Notes under the pieces: generated by a model | Databases searched by the model: none | The model's input: the letters and a program-made list of their open reading frames with translations, nothing else | Told to the model about the DNA's origin: nothing | Program-made: the position numbers and the translations under genes | Part shown: positions 22,908-33,666 of the stretch, piece after piece | Numbering within the stretch: position 1 is the first letter of the stretch | Layout: each line of letters opens with the position of its first letter | Origin: a virus | Lineage: Duplodnaviria > Caudoviricetes | Reading direction: 5' to 3' (one strand) | Virus record (IMG/VR): IMGVR_UViG_3300021399_003927 | Location: 1-64,000 of that record | DNA length: 64,000 nt

Positions 22908-23588
22908 TTAATTTTCATTTCCATCAGGTTCTTTACGGACAAATCGTCCGTTTGGTGCGCGATGCAGCTTCGTCTTTTCCACGTTCTGCTGAATCTTGCG
23001 CATAAGTTTACTAGAAATGTGAGTTATTGGTTCTTCGGCAGCTTTCTCTTCTGCCTCAGTATTCGTTTCGGCCTTTTTTGCAGGCTTTTTTCTCACCACT
23101 TTTTTAGGTTTTTCAGTTGGTGTTGCCTCTTCCTTGGCTGTGTCAATCAGAACCACCTTCGGAATGGTAATTGTAGCCGTTTTCAACGCTTCGTTGGTCT
23201 TGAGAGAAATCTTCTCCAAGTCACAGTTGCTAGGAATCACTACAACAGTTTTGTTACTTCTAGAACTAGTCTCGTCCTCATAAGTCACTTCCACCTTCAA
23301 CTTATTGCCCTCAACCTCATAAGAGAGCTTTTCACCAATCCTTTCGTCAAAAGGAACTGTCACCGAAAAATCGGTAAGACTGTCTTTAACGTGCTTCATA
23401 AGTTCATTAAAGTCATTCAAGAGTTCGTTGCTTTTACTGAGTAAAGCATCCCTACGTTCCTTGAGGTAGTCAATCTGAGCACCCCAATCAAAAGAATTTA
23501 CGACTTCGTTGAAATTCTCTACCAAGCTCTTGGCTTGATTTGCCCCATTGTCAATAAGACTGAGGAATCTTTCTTTAAAATTTTTCAT
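22908..23588 (-). CDS. Small heat-shock (alpha-crystallin-like) domain protein with a basic tail
   Basis: LSYEVEGNKLKVEV...VVIP.NCDLEKI.......ATITIPK pattern; tail HRAPNGRFVRK. Confidence 0.55.
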   Translation of the reverse strand: MKNFKERFLSLIDNGANQAKSLVENFNEVVNSFDWGAQIDYLKERRDALLSKSNELLNDFNELMKHVKDSLTDFSVTVPFDERIGEKLSYEVEGNKLKVEVTYEDETSSRSNKTVVVIPSNCDLEKISLKTNEALKTATITIPKVVLIDTAKEEATPTEKPKKVVRKKPAKKAETNTEAEEKAAEEPITHISSKLMRKIQQNVEKTKLHRAPNGRFVRKEPDGNEN

Positions 23589-23769
23589 ATTTATTTTAAT
23601 AAAATTATTCCAATCAAAACTAATGTTATAATAAATAGTACTAACTGTAAAAAATCTAATGCCCTATAAATTTTTAAAGGCATATAATTACTTCCCTTAT
23701 CATTCATATGCTGCAAATATATAAATAATTTTTTAAATAACCAAATATATAGTTATATTTTAACAAAAA

Positions 23770-24456
23770 TTATTCCAATTTCTTCCACATATCCTCTGGA
23801 TATGAACTATGCAGCTTATTCAACCACCACTTTGTCTTCGTCTTACACATTGGCAGTCTCTGACCACTCATAAGCGTTGACCTCTTAATTACCACACCTT
23901 CCTTAATATTAGGATATTGACAGCCCTCTTCCGTCCAATCATTGTTGTTGATGGAGTTGATGAAGTCCATGTTAAGTTTGCCAATGTATATCACCTCTGG
24001 AGTTTCAATCCTATCATCCTCACAGAAGATGTCAATGAATGTGTTAGGCTCAATATAGCCCTTTTTCTTCAAAAACACGTCAATCAATGCAAGGTGCATT
24101 TCATCACCCTCTTGGTGGAATCCACAAAAGCTGTGTTCACCGTACCATTCAAAGAACAGTGTAATTTCTTCAATGCCGTTGAAGATGCCTTTCTTTCTAG
24201 AGTTATTAACAATGATTTCCCTCAAAACATTTTCATAGTTCTTTTTAAAGAACCTTACAGCATCACCAAACCCCTCTGTGTTTTCATCCACTAGAGTTTG
24301 ACGAGAGCCAAACAATGTAAACTGTTGCTTAGTTGCACCCTTGGGAGTATATTTCACCCTAAAATTTTGGCCATCAAGCTTGTTGAACGCCACTACTTGT
24401 TCACCATGTAGTGTTTTGTCATCCCTAAAATTTGGTATGCTTAGGTATTCTTTCAT
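23770..24456 (-). CDS. ATP-dependent RNA-ligase-like nucleotidyltransferase
   Basis: Motif I KLDGQN, FFEWYG, LIDVF, EGVVIK, KTKT. Confidence 0.8.
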   Translation of the reverse strand: MKEYLSIPNFRDDKTLHGEQVVAFNKLDGQNFRVKYTPKGATKQQFTLFGSRQTLVDENTEGFGDAVRFFKKNYENVLREIIVNNSRKKGIFNGIEEITLFFEWYGEHSFCGFHQEGDEMHLALIDVFLKKKGYIEPNTFIDIFCEDDRIETPEVIYIGKLNMDFINSINNNDWTEEGCQYPNIKEGVVIKRSTLMSGQRLPMCKTKTKWWLNKLHSSYPEDMWKKLE

Positions 24457-26336
24457 AAATCCCAACAACTTTTTTTATGTAATACTTTAAGCTTTTGAAG
24501 CCAATATGTTTCTATACGCTGTTTTTTATAACGATTAAAACAATTCCTTATAAGTTCAAATTGATTTTCGCCTATTTGCCATGTCGTTCCAATCGTGCAA
24601 GAATAGTACATTTTATCACCAGTTTTAATATAAGGCTTCAATTCAATATGAAACAATGGATTAGGAGCATGACTAATTAGAGTTAAATATAATTCTTTGG
24701 CTTTTTCTTCTATCACAAACTCAAACTCTTCAAAATGAGTTTCCATTTCGTTGTCTATGCATGTTTTGTTAGCTCCGTCATCTATAAGATAGTTACTGTC
24801 TTCGCAGTAATATACCCTACCAACATGAAAATTACCAGAAGAAGAATATATTTGCCTAGGAATTTGTTTATAACAATAATCGCAATCGCCCAAATAGCCA
24901 CCAAACATTTTTTGAGTGCCATATTCATAGCTTATGGTATAATAGAACACATTTTGGTCAAATGGCAGTTCCTTTGTTAACATGTAATACTTACCTTTTT
25001 CTATCATAGAAATATTGTCCTTTAATTGCTTTCAATAGTTTACAGTCTCTTAACACAGCTATTTTGATTTCTCTGAGTAAAATCTTAGCAGCATCAGTTA
25101 GTTCATTGCGACTTATGTCAATGTAAACACATCCATCAGTGGTCATAACTGTGCACCCAATTTTAAATTTCACTTTGCCATTTTTTCTATTTATATGGTC
25201 TGGTTTTATGTCCAAGTGCCTAACACATTTAAGTTTATAAATTGGTTTAAACATCTTGTCATCAAAAGCCACATCTACTTCTTTAAAATAATTCTCATCC
25301 TTTTCTGAAAGCTTATAATACAAGCCATAGTCATTTCTCAAGCAACCACATGTTACTGGACCGTATATCTTATCTTTAGTAAAGTAGAAATAACTGTCCT
25401 CAGTATGGAACTCACGGCCTTCAAAGTATATTGTGCTTCTTCTCCTAATTCTATTGTTTCCAAATGCAGATGCAATGAAATCATTCACCTCTTCTGTAGT
25501 TGGCTTACCCATACATACGTAATATTTCCCATCTTCAAACATATCTTAATAAAATATTTCTTCGTCTTGTACAAAATATGCTGTCTTTTTTTCTACGTCA
25601 ATTTTCAGATATTTTGAAATGTAATGTCTACCTTCTTTAATAGATGCTACCAATGAATCATATTCATAACCACCACTTTTAGATGGTAAATATAGTTTAT
25701 CCCTTTTATTTGGATACATTACCCAAATAAAATAGGCAAAATATTCATACATGCTTATACCACTAAAAGCTTTGTTTAAATTCAGTTTTCGAAACTGAGT
25801 GGTAATATAACCAGTGAAACATGTTTCACCAAATATATCTATTGGGTTTTCAAAATCTGGAACAAATATCTCACCTCTTATATCTTTATGAAAATATAGG
25901 TATTTATTCCAATATGGCAGTAGTCTAGTAAGTTTCAAAAACTTATATGCCATTTTAAGGTTATCTTTGTTCTTAATCAGCATTTTGTATATTCCAATTT
26001 TATTGTTTTCTTATCCTTATCTATTACACAAAGCCTATCATCATTGAAATAGTTATTTGTGAAAACAATACTAGCTCCATACTCTTCTTGGTAAAACACA
26101 AACAACCATTTTTGAAAGGCGAAGTATAAACTTACTTTGAAATTTATATTCTTTTCATGTATAAACCAAAAGGTTATTGATGAACAACCAAAATCATCAA
26201 TAATATTTGAAGAATCAAATGGAATTGTTCGATATTTAGTATTTCTTTGATACTCCAAAAATTCATAATAGAATCCTATTTGTTTAAAGAATCTGCATAG
26301 TAGTTTATATCCGTATGAAAATGTTTTAGCAGCCAT
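24453..26336 (-). other. Four hypothetical genes forming two probable paralogue pairs (24453-25007/24991-25542; 25546-25983/25977-26336)
   Basis: Shared GKYY...Y.....L..D.G in the first pair; Y.F(L/F)K...FG....T in the second. Confidence 0.6.
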
Positions 26337-26757
26337 AAGCCCTTACTTTCCTCCATGTATATTTCCCAAAAGAATCTTCCAAGTATAGTTCTGGAAATAT
26401 ATAGCCCCTAATTACAAATGATATTGTTTGTCCGTTTCTTGTGAATTTTATGGTGTTACCATAGTATGAATAGGTGAATGTCTGTGTGTACCAGTTAACG
26501 TCTCTTGCTTGAGCCATTGTTATGTCGCACGTCCTTTCACTTAGGAACTCTATTTCCTTGAACTCAACGCTGCCAACAATGCAGCCGTATTCACACTGCC
26601 ATGTACCCAAAAGCTTTTCAGCACAGAAATAATCATACTTCTGATGGTAATGTGGTATTCCATAATCATCAAACCCATCTTCATCATGCCCATAGGGGCA
26701 ATATTCACAAGATATGAATGATAGTGATAGTATGGTAAATAAAATTATCTTTCTCAT
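26326..26757 (-). CDS. Lipoprotein, lipocalin-like beta-barrel
   Basis: Lipobox FISC; LLGTW...F...TC...FTY pattern. Confidence 0.65.
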   Translation of the reverse strand: MRKIILFTILSLSFISCEYCPYGHDEDGFDDYGIPHYHQKYDYFCAEKLLGTWQCEYGCIVGSVEFKEIEFLSERTCDITMAQARDVNWYTQTFTYSYYGNTIKFTRNGQTISFVIRGYIFPELYLEDSFGKYTWRKVRAYGC

Positions 26758-26960
26758 GTTCGTTTAATCTTATTTATGTCTAGATTTACGATACTAGCGT
26801 TGAGCATTTCCTCATTGCCTTTCACATTTGTAATCTTTCCATCCCTAATAATGACTATTGTGCACTGTCCATTCCCATGTAATGAATATAGATACCACTG
26901 TCTGTTCGGTTTCCAATCGTCAATATAGGTCACTACATCGCCAACTTGTAGGTTATCCAT
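26754..26960 (-). CDS. Small SH3/KOW-like hypothetical protein
   Basis: LQVGDVV start. Confidence 0.5.
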   Translation of the reverse strand: MDNLQVGDVVTYIDDWKPNRQWYLYSLHGNGQCTIVIIRDGKITNVKGNEEMLNASIVNLDINKIKRT

Positions 26961-27456
26961 TTTCCTTCAACAGCTTTTCCCTAACCTCATCTAATGCTTT
27001 CCCAAGTAGGTTTAAACCGTTCCAATTGGACTTGTCATCAAGTGCTTCTGTCTCTCCGCATTTGATGCCATAAATTCCATCGATGGGTGAAGCCTCCACA
27101 AAGTGCTTACCCTTTAGCTCATCATTGAGCAAGTTAGCCTTAAGCTCTTCGTTGTTCTTGAACTTGTGATAACAAGCATCAACCATGACTTGATAACGCT
27201 TTTCATCCCAAACTTTATCGTCATAGTTCTTTACCATGCGCCCAAACGTCTTGGCTTTCTTTGGATTCTTGCCCTCAAGTAGTATCTTAAGTGCCATTTC
27301 TTCGTCACCGAATGTCTTGGCTTTGATGTACATGAAATACTGTTCAGAGTTATAGAATGTATAATTATTACCGTCAATCTTTACATTGAAAAGACATGGA
27401 AACCAGTTTGATGGCCATTCTCCCCAAAAAAATACATGTTTATCTGTTACTCTCAT
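26953..27456 (-). CDS. NADAR (YbiA-like) family protein
   Basis: SNWF, SEQYFM..KA..FGD, K..GR.V, VEASP.D.I.G, G.NLLG..L..VR. Confidence 0.92.
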   Translation of the reverse strand: MRVTDKHVFFWGEWPSNWFPCLFNVKIDGNNYTFYNSEQYFMYIKAKTFGDEEMALKILLEGKNPKKAKTFGRMVKNYDDKVWDEKRYQVMVDACYHKFKNNEELKANLLNDELKGKHFVEASPIDGIYGIKCGETEALDDKSNWNGLNLLGKALDEVREKLLKENG

Positions 27457-28310
27457 AATAATATGTTTTTTAAATCTAATGGTGGATTTTTATCTATTAA
27501 TTCCTTGGTTTTCAAATTGTATACGTACCTATTGGCTTCTTTCAATTCTATGCCCAACATTAGCATGTTTTCTGCCGTTGGTTTGTCTAATATCCAATCT
27601 CCGTTGTCAACTATGAAAAGAGTGTCATCTATTTTAAGCTTTAAACCAAAAATTGAATGTACAAGACAAAATTTATACCTAATTGACATTAGAGGGTCGA
27701 AAGAAGCATTTTCATCTGTTTTGACGAATGTTGGATAAATCAATATCCAACTATCAGAGCCTCCTTCATGCTGCTGCCATTTTGATTTTAGTTTGCATAA
27801 TTTATTTGATGGTAGGTTTAACATTTTTCAATTTTAATTTTTAAATACTTCCTATTTATGCTTAAATGGTTAGCCCTCATTACGTTTTTTCAATTTGCTG
27901 ACAAATTCAATGTTTGGGTCATCATATTTTTTAGAACACGCCAAAACCATATTTGTTAATAAAATTAATATCTTCTCCTCTTGTTAATAAACGTTTGCGG
28001 TTTAAAACAGTTTTGTTGCCTTTAAGTATGGAGGCCATTTTAATATAATCTTCCATCGTTGGCTTTAATATTCTAGTTTTTATATCGCATCCACAAGATT
28101 CGTTTATACACCACCCTTTGGTGCTTAAATTCATAAAAAAATAACAATTTATCTCATGCCAACCTCGTCCATACCTATTTAGTGTACAAGACTTGAAAAC
28201 GCCAACTATTTCTATGTCTAAGAGAGTTCTATTATTAAAAGCTATTTTAAATAAATCACCTTTTTTAAAATTAGCAATTATATCTTTATTTTTATCTTCT
28301 AATTCTTTCA
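27453..28310 (-). other. Two hypothetical genes (27453-27824; ~27931-28310)
   Basis: Both end with a similar L....(Y/V)..N.K...L segment. Confidence 0.55.
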
Positions 28311-28390
28311 TTTTACTATCTGCAATTATATTTGCAAATATATGAAAAAAACGTGAGATAAACAAATATCCCACGTTAATTTATGTTAAG

Positions 28391-29665
28391 CTATGCTGCT
28401 TTTTCGATTAGCTTTTTCAGCTCCTCGTAATACTGAGGCAACTGAGACATGAACCTACGCACAACGTTCTCCTTGCCAGTGTGCTTTCCAACGTCTTGTG
28501 ACAGCTTACAAGTGTCGTTATAGAACGGCCATTTTTCATTCTCCTTGATGGCAACCAACTTGATTACGATGTTAAGAGGCTCTACAGTGTCTGCAATGCC
28601 ACTCCAATCGTTTGTAAAGTGTGTTCCGATGCCATAGCTAGGCAAACACACATTCTTGGCCACATTCTGAATTTGAATGGCAGAGTCAACGCTTAATGCA
28701 TTACTGAAAATGACTTGCTTACTCTTTGGGTCGATGTTGAATTCCCTGTACATCTGTACAATCTTGCCCAACTCCTTATAGTTGTCACCACTGTCAATTC
28801 TCATGCCCTTATACTGATTTGCATAAGCCTCTGTGATGTTCAGACGGAAGATGTCAAAGCCATAGGAATCGTAGAGGTAAACACCAAGTGCGCCCTTGTA
28901 CGCCTTATTCCATGCTTCCATAGCAAGCTTGTTGGCGTTAGTTGGGCCTCCGTAGAGTCCTGCAATTCCGCACACAAACTCATGCGCCATAGTTCCGATG
29001 GGCACAAGGTCATACTTCATGGCAAGGTATGGGTTGCTAGTACCAACGAACTTACCTCCAGTAAGAGCAGCCCAATTTCGTGAGTTATAGCAGTCCTTAA
29101 ATGCCCTTACAGCAACCTCTTGGGTTTCAAACGAACTACGTCTGCGTGTGCCAAAGTCAGAGAAGACACATCCTGCTTCAAGAAGACGCTGTGCTTTCTG
29201 ATATGACTTCTTATAATATGCTTCATAGTCAAAAGCTATGTTCTGATTGGTCATAATATAGAATAGCTCTGAAATGATTGCAAGAACCTTCACCTCAAGC
29301 AGAATGGTTTCGTACCAAGGGCCTTCAAATTTCACATGGAGCAATCCGTTAGCGTCTTGATATGCCGTTACATATTTCGCATTGTAGCGGAATCCACGAA
29401 GGAAATTATAGAACCATGAAGGAATGAAATAGCAACGTTTCTTAAGGAACTCTATTTCCTCTTCTGTAATCACTATGCCTTCAAGCATTTTAATCTGACG
29501 GTTTAACTCGTCAGCAAAACCTTTAGGATAGACGCGCTTGGCACGGTCTACGAATTCATACATTACCCAAGCAGTTGGGAAATTGACGATAACTGCAAGA
29601 CACATTGTAAGCTTGTACAAGTCATCGTCAAGAAAATGGTTAATAATTCTTTTAATGTTGTTCAT
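28391..29665 (-). CDS. pncB: Nicotinate phosphoribosyltransferase
   Basis: LDDDLYKLTM, DFGTRRR, GTSN, GTMAHE, RIDSGD, GIGT, VIKL, KLS. Confidence 0.95.
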   Translation of the reverse strand: MNNIKRIINHFLDDDLYKLTMCLAVIVNFPTAWVMYEFVDRAKRVYPKGFADELNRQIKMLEGIVITEEEIEFLKKRCYFIPSWFYNFLRGFRYNAKYVTAYQDANGLLHVKFEGPWYETILLEVKVLAIISELFYIMTNQNIAFDYEAYYKKSYQKAQRLLEAGCVFSDFGTRRRSSFETQEVAVRAFKDCYNSRNWAALTGGKFVGTSNPYLAMKYDLVPIGTMAHEFVCGIAGLYGGPTNANKLAMEAWNKAYKGALGVYLYDSYGFDIFRLNITEAYANQYKGMRIDSGDNYKELGKIVQMYREFNIDPKSKQVIFSNALSVDSAIQIQNVAKNVCLPSYGIGTHFTNDWSGIADTVEPLNIVIKLVAIKENEKWPFYNDTCKLSQDVGKHTGKENVVRRFMSQLPQYYEELKKLIEKAA

Positions 29666-31066
29666 TTTTCTTTTTTATTTGATAAACGTCCAAATGTTTG
29701 TTATTTTTCGGATTATGCCTTTTCAGTTTAAGGTAGGGATAGCCTATAAGCAGTTTTCTACCCATTCTGTCTTGAATTGCGCATAAAATTTCACATCCAG
29801 GACCTTCATGAATGGCGATACCCACTATTCTCCATATTTTAGGTCTGTGGTCATGCCCATCATGCAACCCACCATAAAATGTATTTTTTTTTTGGTTATA
29901 ATCACAATGGTAATTACCATAAAAAAAATAGTTGTCATTAAATCCATCATTAGGCTTACCCCACATCTGCATCATAGCGTTGGAATAAGTGGGATATACC
30001 CCACCGTAATCTTTAATTTCTACAATGTCGTTTAATGTCAACTTTAATGTTGTTTCCTTTGTAGTACCATTATTGAAATGTAATGTTGCTTCCATATGAA
30101 TTAATAGTCGTAGTCATAGATGTAGTCATACGTTCTTCTAGGAGACGAATACTTGTTATCTTTCGTCATATCGCCAAAATAATAGCATGACTCACAACAC
30201 CCAGCCATCATTGTAATGATTAGGATGAGCCTAATAAACCATCTGAAAAAATCTCTCATTGTCTATGCGTTTTTTTAATTTAATACTCACTTTGGACACA
30301 GACATTTGATATTGTGTTTTTACTTCGTCTTATAAGTTTGATGTGGTCTTTCATATAATCTCTCAAGCCAACTACTATGTATTGATTAATCCTATTTTTC
30401 AGCAAAATAAGTGCTTCAAAAGGATAGATTGCTTTGACACGAATTATTTTCCATTCTTGTTTAACGATGTTGGGTGATGGATATTCTGTGTCAACATAGT
30501 AAGGAATATTTGAATCAACCCCAAAAAAAGTTTTACTAGCATGGAATTGATAACACACTCCGTTAGTAGTAAGTGTCACAATATCACCAATATTCGGAAC
30601 ACAATCGATGTCTGTGTATATACCTAAAAGATTTCTAATGTGTATTACCATTTGGTAGTTTCGGAACTCTAGGAGTGTTGTTCTTGGGGTTATGCTTCAC
30701 TATTGCAAGCCCATTAACACCAACCAATATACTTCTTTTTAATTCGTCAATAAGTTGGCACATTATCACGTGACCATTTTCGTGCATAATCATTCCAGCA
30801 ATGCGCCATTTCTTATTTGTCCAATATCCTTCAGGTGGTATTTCACCAATTGTAACTAAGTAGCCTCCAGCGTAATAACGGTTTTCAAAATCACTTCTAC
30901 CCATTAATCCATTGGGGTATTGTTCTTCTGTCCTAGAAAAACCATGCCATCTTTTGCCCCATAAAGCTTCCATAGCATTTGAATAGGTTGTATATAAGTG
31001 TCCGTAATTTACGCACTTAACTATGTCGTTTATATTGAACCCACTGTCATTAATAACCGTTTTCAT
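29652..31066 (-). other. Three tandem paralogous hypothetical genes (29652-30095, 30280-30651, 30635-31066)
   Basis: Shared DIV....G..Y.TYSNAM..(L/M)WG, W.I.G...HE, HNPKNN. Confidence 0.7.
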
Positions 31067-31068
31067 AG

Positions 31069-32016
31069 TTACTTTGCCTCAACGTTGGTATAATACCAAT
31101 TTTCGAACTCTGCAAATTCCTCGTCAGAAAACTCTTTCCTTACACGGTCAAATTCGATGTAATCGCAATACTTAACCTTTACGATTACCCTATTACCATT
31201 GCCACTGCAAAGAGGAATAATTGGACGTGCCACAATACCCTCTTCAATCATGGTTGGGTCAGCAGCCTTATCGTACTGAGTCGTAAAACCACTACGAACT
31301 TTGCGCTCAATTTCCTCAAGTGTCATTACGCCTAGGAATGGAACAGTCTCAAGTCCAAGACCCTTACAGAGAGAGTCACGAACATCCTTTGGAGTCCACC
31401 AACCTTGCTGCTGAATGTCAAACACCAAGAACCCATTGCCATTCTGAATATAACGAGAGCCACACTTCTGAATACCAGTGCCGAAATACTCGCCATAGAT
31501 ATAGATGGGAACTTCCTCAAGCTCCACACCATACAATCCCTCTGAGGTGATAGTGTCTTTCTTATCGAATTTTGCTTCCAATTTTGCCACTTTGGTTTGT
31601 TCGTCATAAGTATCAAAGGAAGCGTGTACATCATAGAACTGAACCTTGTTGGTGTCCTTGTTCTTTACAGGGACAAACCTAGCAGTCTCTTTTGGGAACA
31701 TGGCCTTTAACTGAGGCTTGATACGCTCACCAATGGCTTGCAGCATTTCAAACTGACCGTGCATAGAATCAGCCTTATCCGTTTTACCACCAACACGAAT
31801 CTCACTAGTTGATGGGAAGTATGCAATCTTGGAGTTAGTGCCGTCAATTTTGGAATATGCCTCCCAAGGACAATTGAACAAATACTTAGCCTCTACATTG
31901 GAGAAGTTACCAATGATGATTTTGTTCTTGAACTTAAGCCAATCCTTGTTAGGACACTCCTTGCCATCGAAAATGTACCTTTTATATAGGGTATCTATTT
32001 TAGTATATGTATTCAT
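31069..32016 (-). CDS. Rnl2-like RNA ligase
   Basis: KIDGTN, IYGEYFG, FLVFDI, EEGIVAR, VKVK. Confidence 0.85.
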   Translation of the reverse strand: MNTYTKIDTLYKRYIFDGKECPNKDWLKFKNKIIIGNFSNVEAKYLFNCPWEAYSKIDGTNSKIAYFPSTSEIRVGGKTDKADSMHGQFEMLQAIGERIKPQLKAMFPKETARFVPVKNKDTNKVQFYDVHASFDTYDEQTKVAKLEAKFDKKDTITSEGLYGVELEEVPIYIYGEYFGTGIQKCGSRYIQNGNGFLVFDIQQQGWWTPKDVRDSLCKGLGLETVPFLGVMTLEEIERKVRSGFTTQYDKAADPTMIEEGIVARPIIPLCSGNGNRVIVKVKYCDYIEFDRVRKEFSDEEFAEFENWYYTNVEAK

Positions 32017-32085
32017 ATTTTCTAATTTTTTTTTGCAAATATACGATAAACTTACGAAATAGCCAAATATGAAATGTTAAAAATG

Positions 32086-32828
32086 CTAAATAGAGGTTTT
32101 ATACTCTGCATAAGATATGAACATTCCCAAAACTATTGCCACAAGCAAAAGTGCTTTTATTGGAAGAATTAATGTTAAATAGCAAAAGAAAATCATCAGT
32201 CCAACAGTTGTTGTTATTACACCCCCAACCATTTTGTAGTGAACATCAGTATGCTTTGTTACAATTTCATTAGGATGATTCTTAAAATAGTCTTCGATGA
32301 ATATGTCTTCCAACGATTCTTTTGTCACTAGTTCTTTTACATACTTATTTTTTTTTGTCGGCAAACAATGAATAAGTTTTAACCCTTCCATGAACTCAGT
32401 AGGAAGTTTTGTTGTTGAAAATTTGACTTTATTCGTCCGTATTATGTAATTATTCCTTACTAGGAAAGAAAGATTATCCTCATGATAGTATTCGTCAAGA
32501 CTTTTATATGAAAGCATAAAACTTCCAAACAACTTTCTTTTTTTAAGAGACCCAAAAAAAGAAATGAAATGTTTTAAATATGGACTAGAATGAACTCTTT
32601 TTTTCATTTATAAAAAAGGTTGTTAAATGGTTTTATAACACGTTTCCAATTAAACAATCTGTTAATGAAGCCTTCACTTTTCAAATCATCAAACAACTCT
32701 TTTGCTTCGTTGAACTTTTGCTTGTATATGCTTGTTTGATTTTTCTCTTCAATTAAAGAAGATTCCAAGGACTTAACTTTATCCTTAAGTCCTTGGTACT
32801 CTTCCATTGGAATTTCTATACGAGCCAT
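32086..32828 (-). other. Membrane-anchored hypothetical (32086-32607) and coiled-coil hypothetical (32604-32828)
   Basis: C-terminal TM helices; heptad pattern. Confidence 0.6.
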
Positions 32829-33391
32829 ACTCTTTCTGAATTTTCAATAAAATTAGTAAAGTTATTTGCTGTGTCTTCGGCTATAGCTGGGCTATATTCC
32901 TTCATCACTGCGAAATTGACATCAGGTATCGCTTTAACGCCATCTTTCACTGAGTCTGCCACGCAATAGTCATATGCAAGACCGCACACATTAATGACTT
33001 GCGGTTTAATATAGTTGCAAATGTTTACGATGAGGTCGTGAGACTTTTCGTTCTTAAACACAGAATATTCCTCATGCTCTTCATTAAGACCCTTGGTGAC
33101 TATAACATAGTCAGCCTTAATTTCGTTGAGAGCGTCAAGAATCGGCTGATAAATAGCTGCCCCATGAGAGTGCTGAACACAGTGCATTGGCCACATGCCG
33201 CCATTATCCTTAAACGAACAATGTGTAGTAGGATGCCAATCAGCAGTTAGAATGATTTTTTCGTAATCCTTTCCGTGACCTCTGATAAAGTCAGCCAAGT
33301 TATTCATTGCTCTCTCTGCATCATTTACTGGGAGCGTTCCGTTGATGAAATCGTACTGTGCATCAACTATAAGTAAAATCTTTCCGTTCAT
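32816..33391 (-). CDS. pncA: Nicotinamidase (isochorismatase family)
   Basis: LLIVDAQYDF, ADWHP, WPMHCVQ...GA, GLAYDYCV. Confidence 0.93.
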   Translation of the reverse strand: MNGKILLIVDAQYDFINGTLPVNDAERAMNNLADFIRGHGKDYEKIILTADWHPTTHCSFKDNGGMWPMHCVQHSHGAAIYQPILDALNEIKADYVIVTKGLNEEHEEYSVFKNEKSHDLIVNICNYIKPQVINVCGLAYDYCVADSVKDGVKAIPDVNFAVMKEYSPAIAEDTANNFTNFIENSERVWLV

Positions 33392-33666
33392 ATTATTATT
33401 TGTTTTATTTTTCTTATAAATCAATAGAGTCTTCGGTTATGTCATAGGTGACACAACTGTTATGATACTTTTTCACAAATAGGTCGGTGCAATGACCGTC
33501 TTCCTTTTTAGTACCCTTAAATGGGCATTTCTTACATAATGTTCCCATGATTTATTCCTTTTTTGCAAATATATAAAAAATATATTAAATATAAAAATAT
33601 ATTAGTATATAATTTATATTATTTAATATAATTTAATATTATATATTAATTAATTAAGAGTCCAAC

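Noticed and set aside
33575-33660. Extremely AT-rich stretch as a replication origin
   Set aside because: No iterons; lies in the promoter-proximal intergenic gap, so there is no specific support
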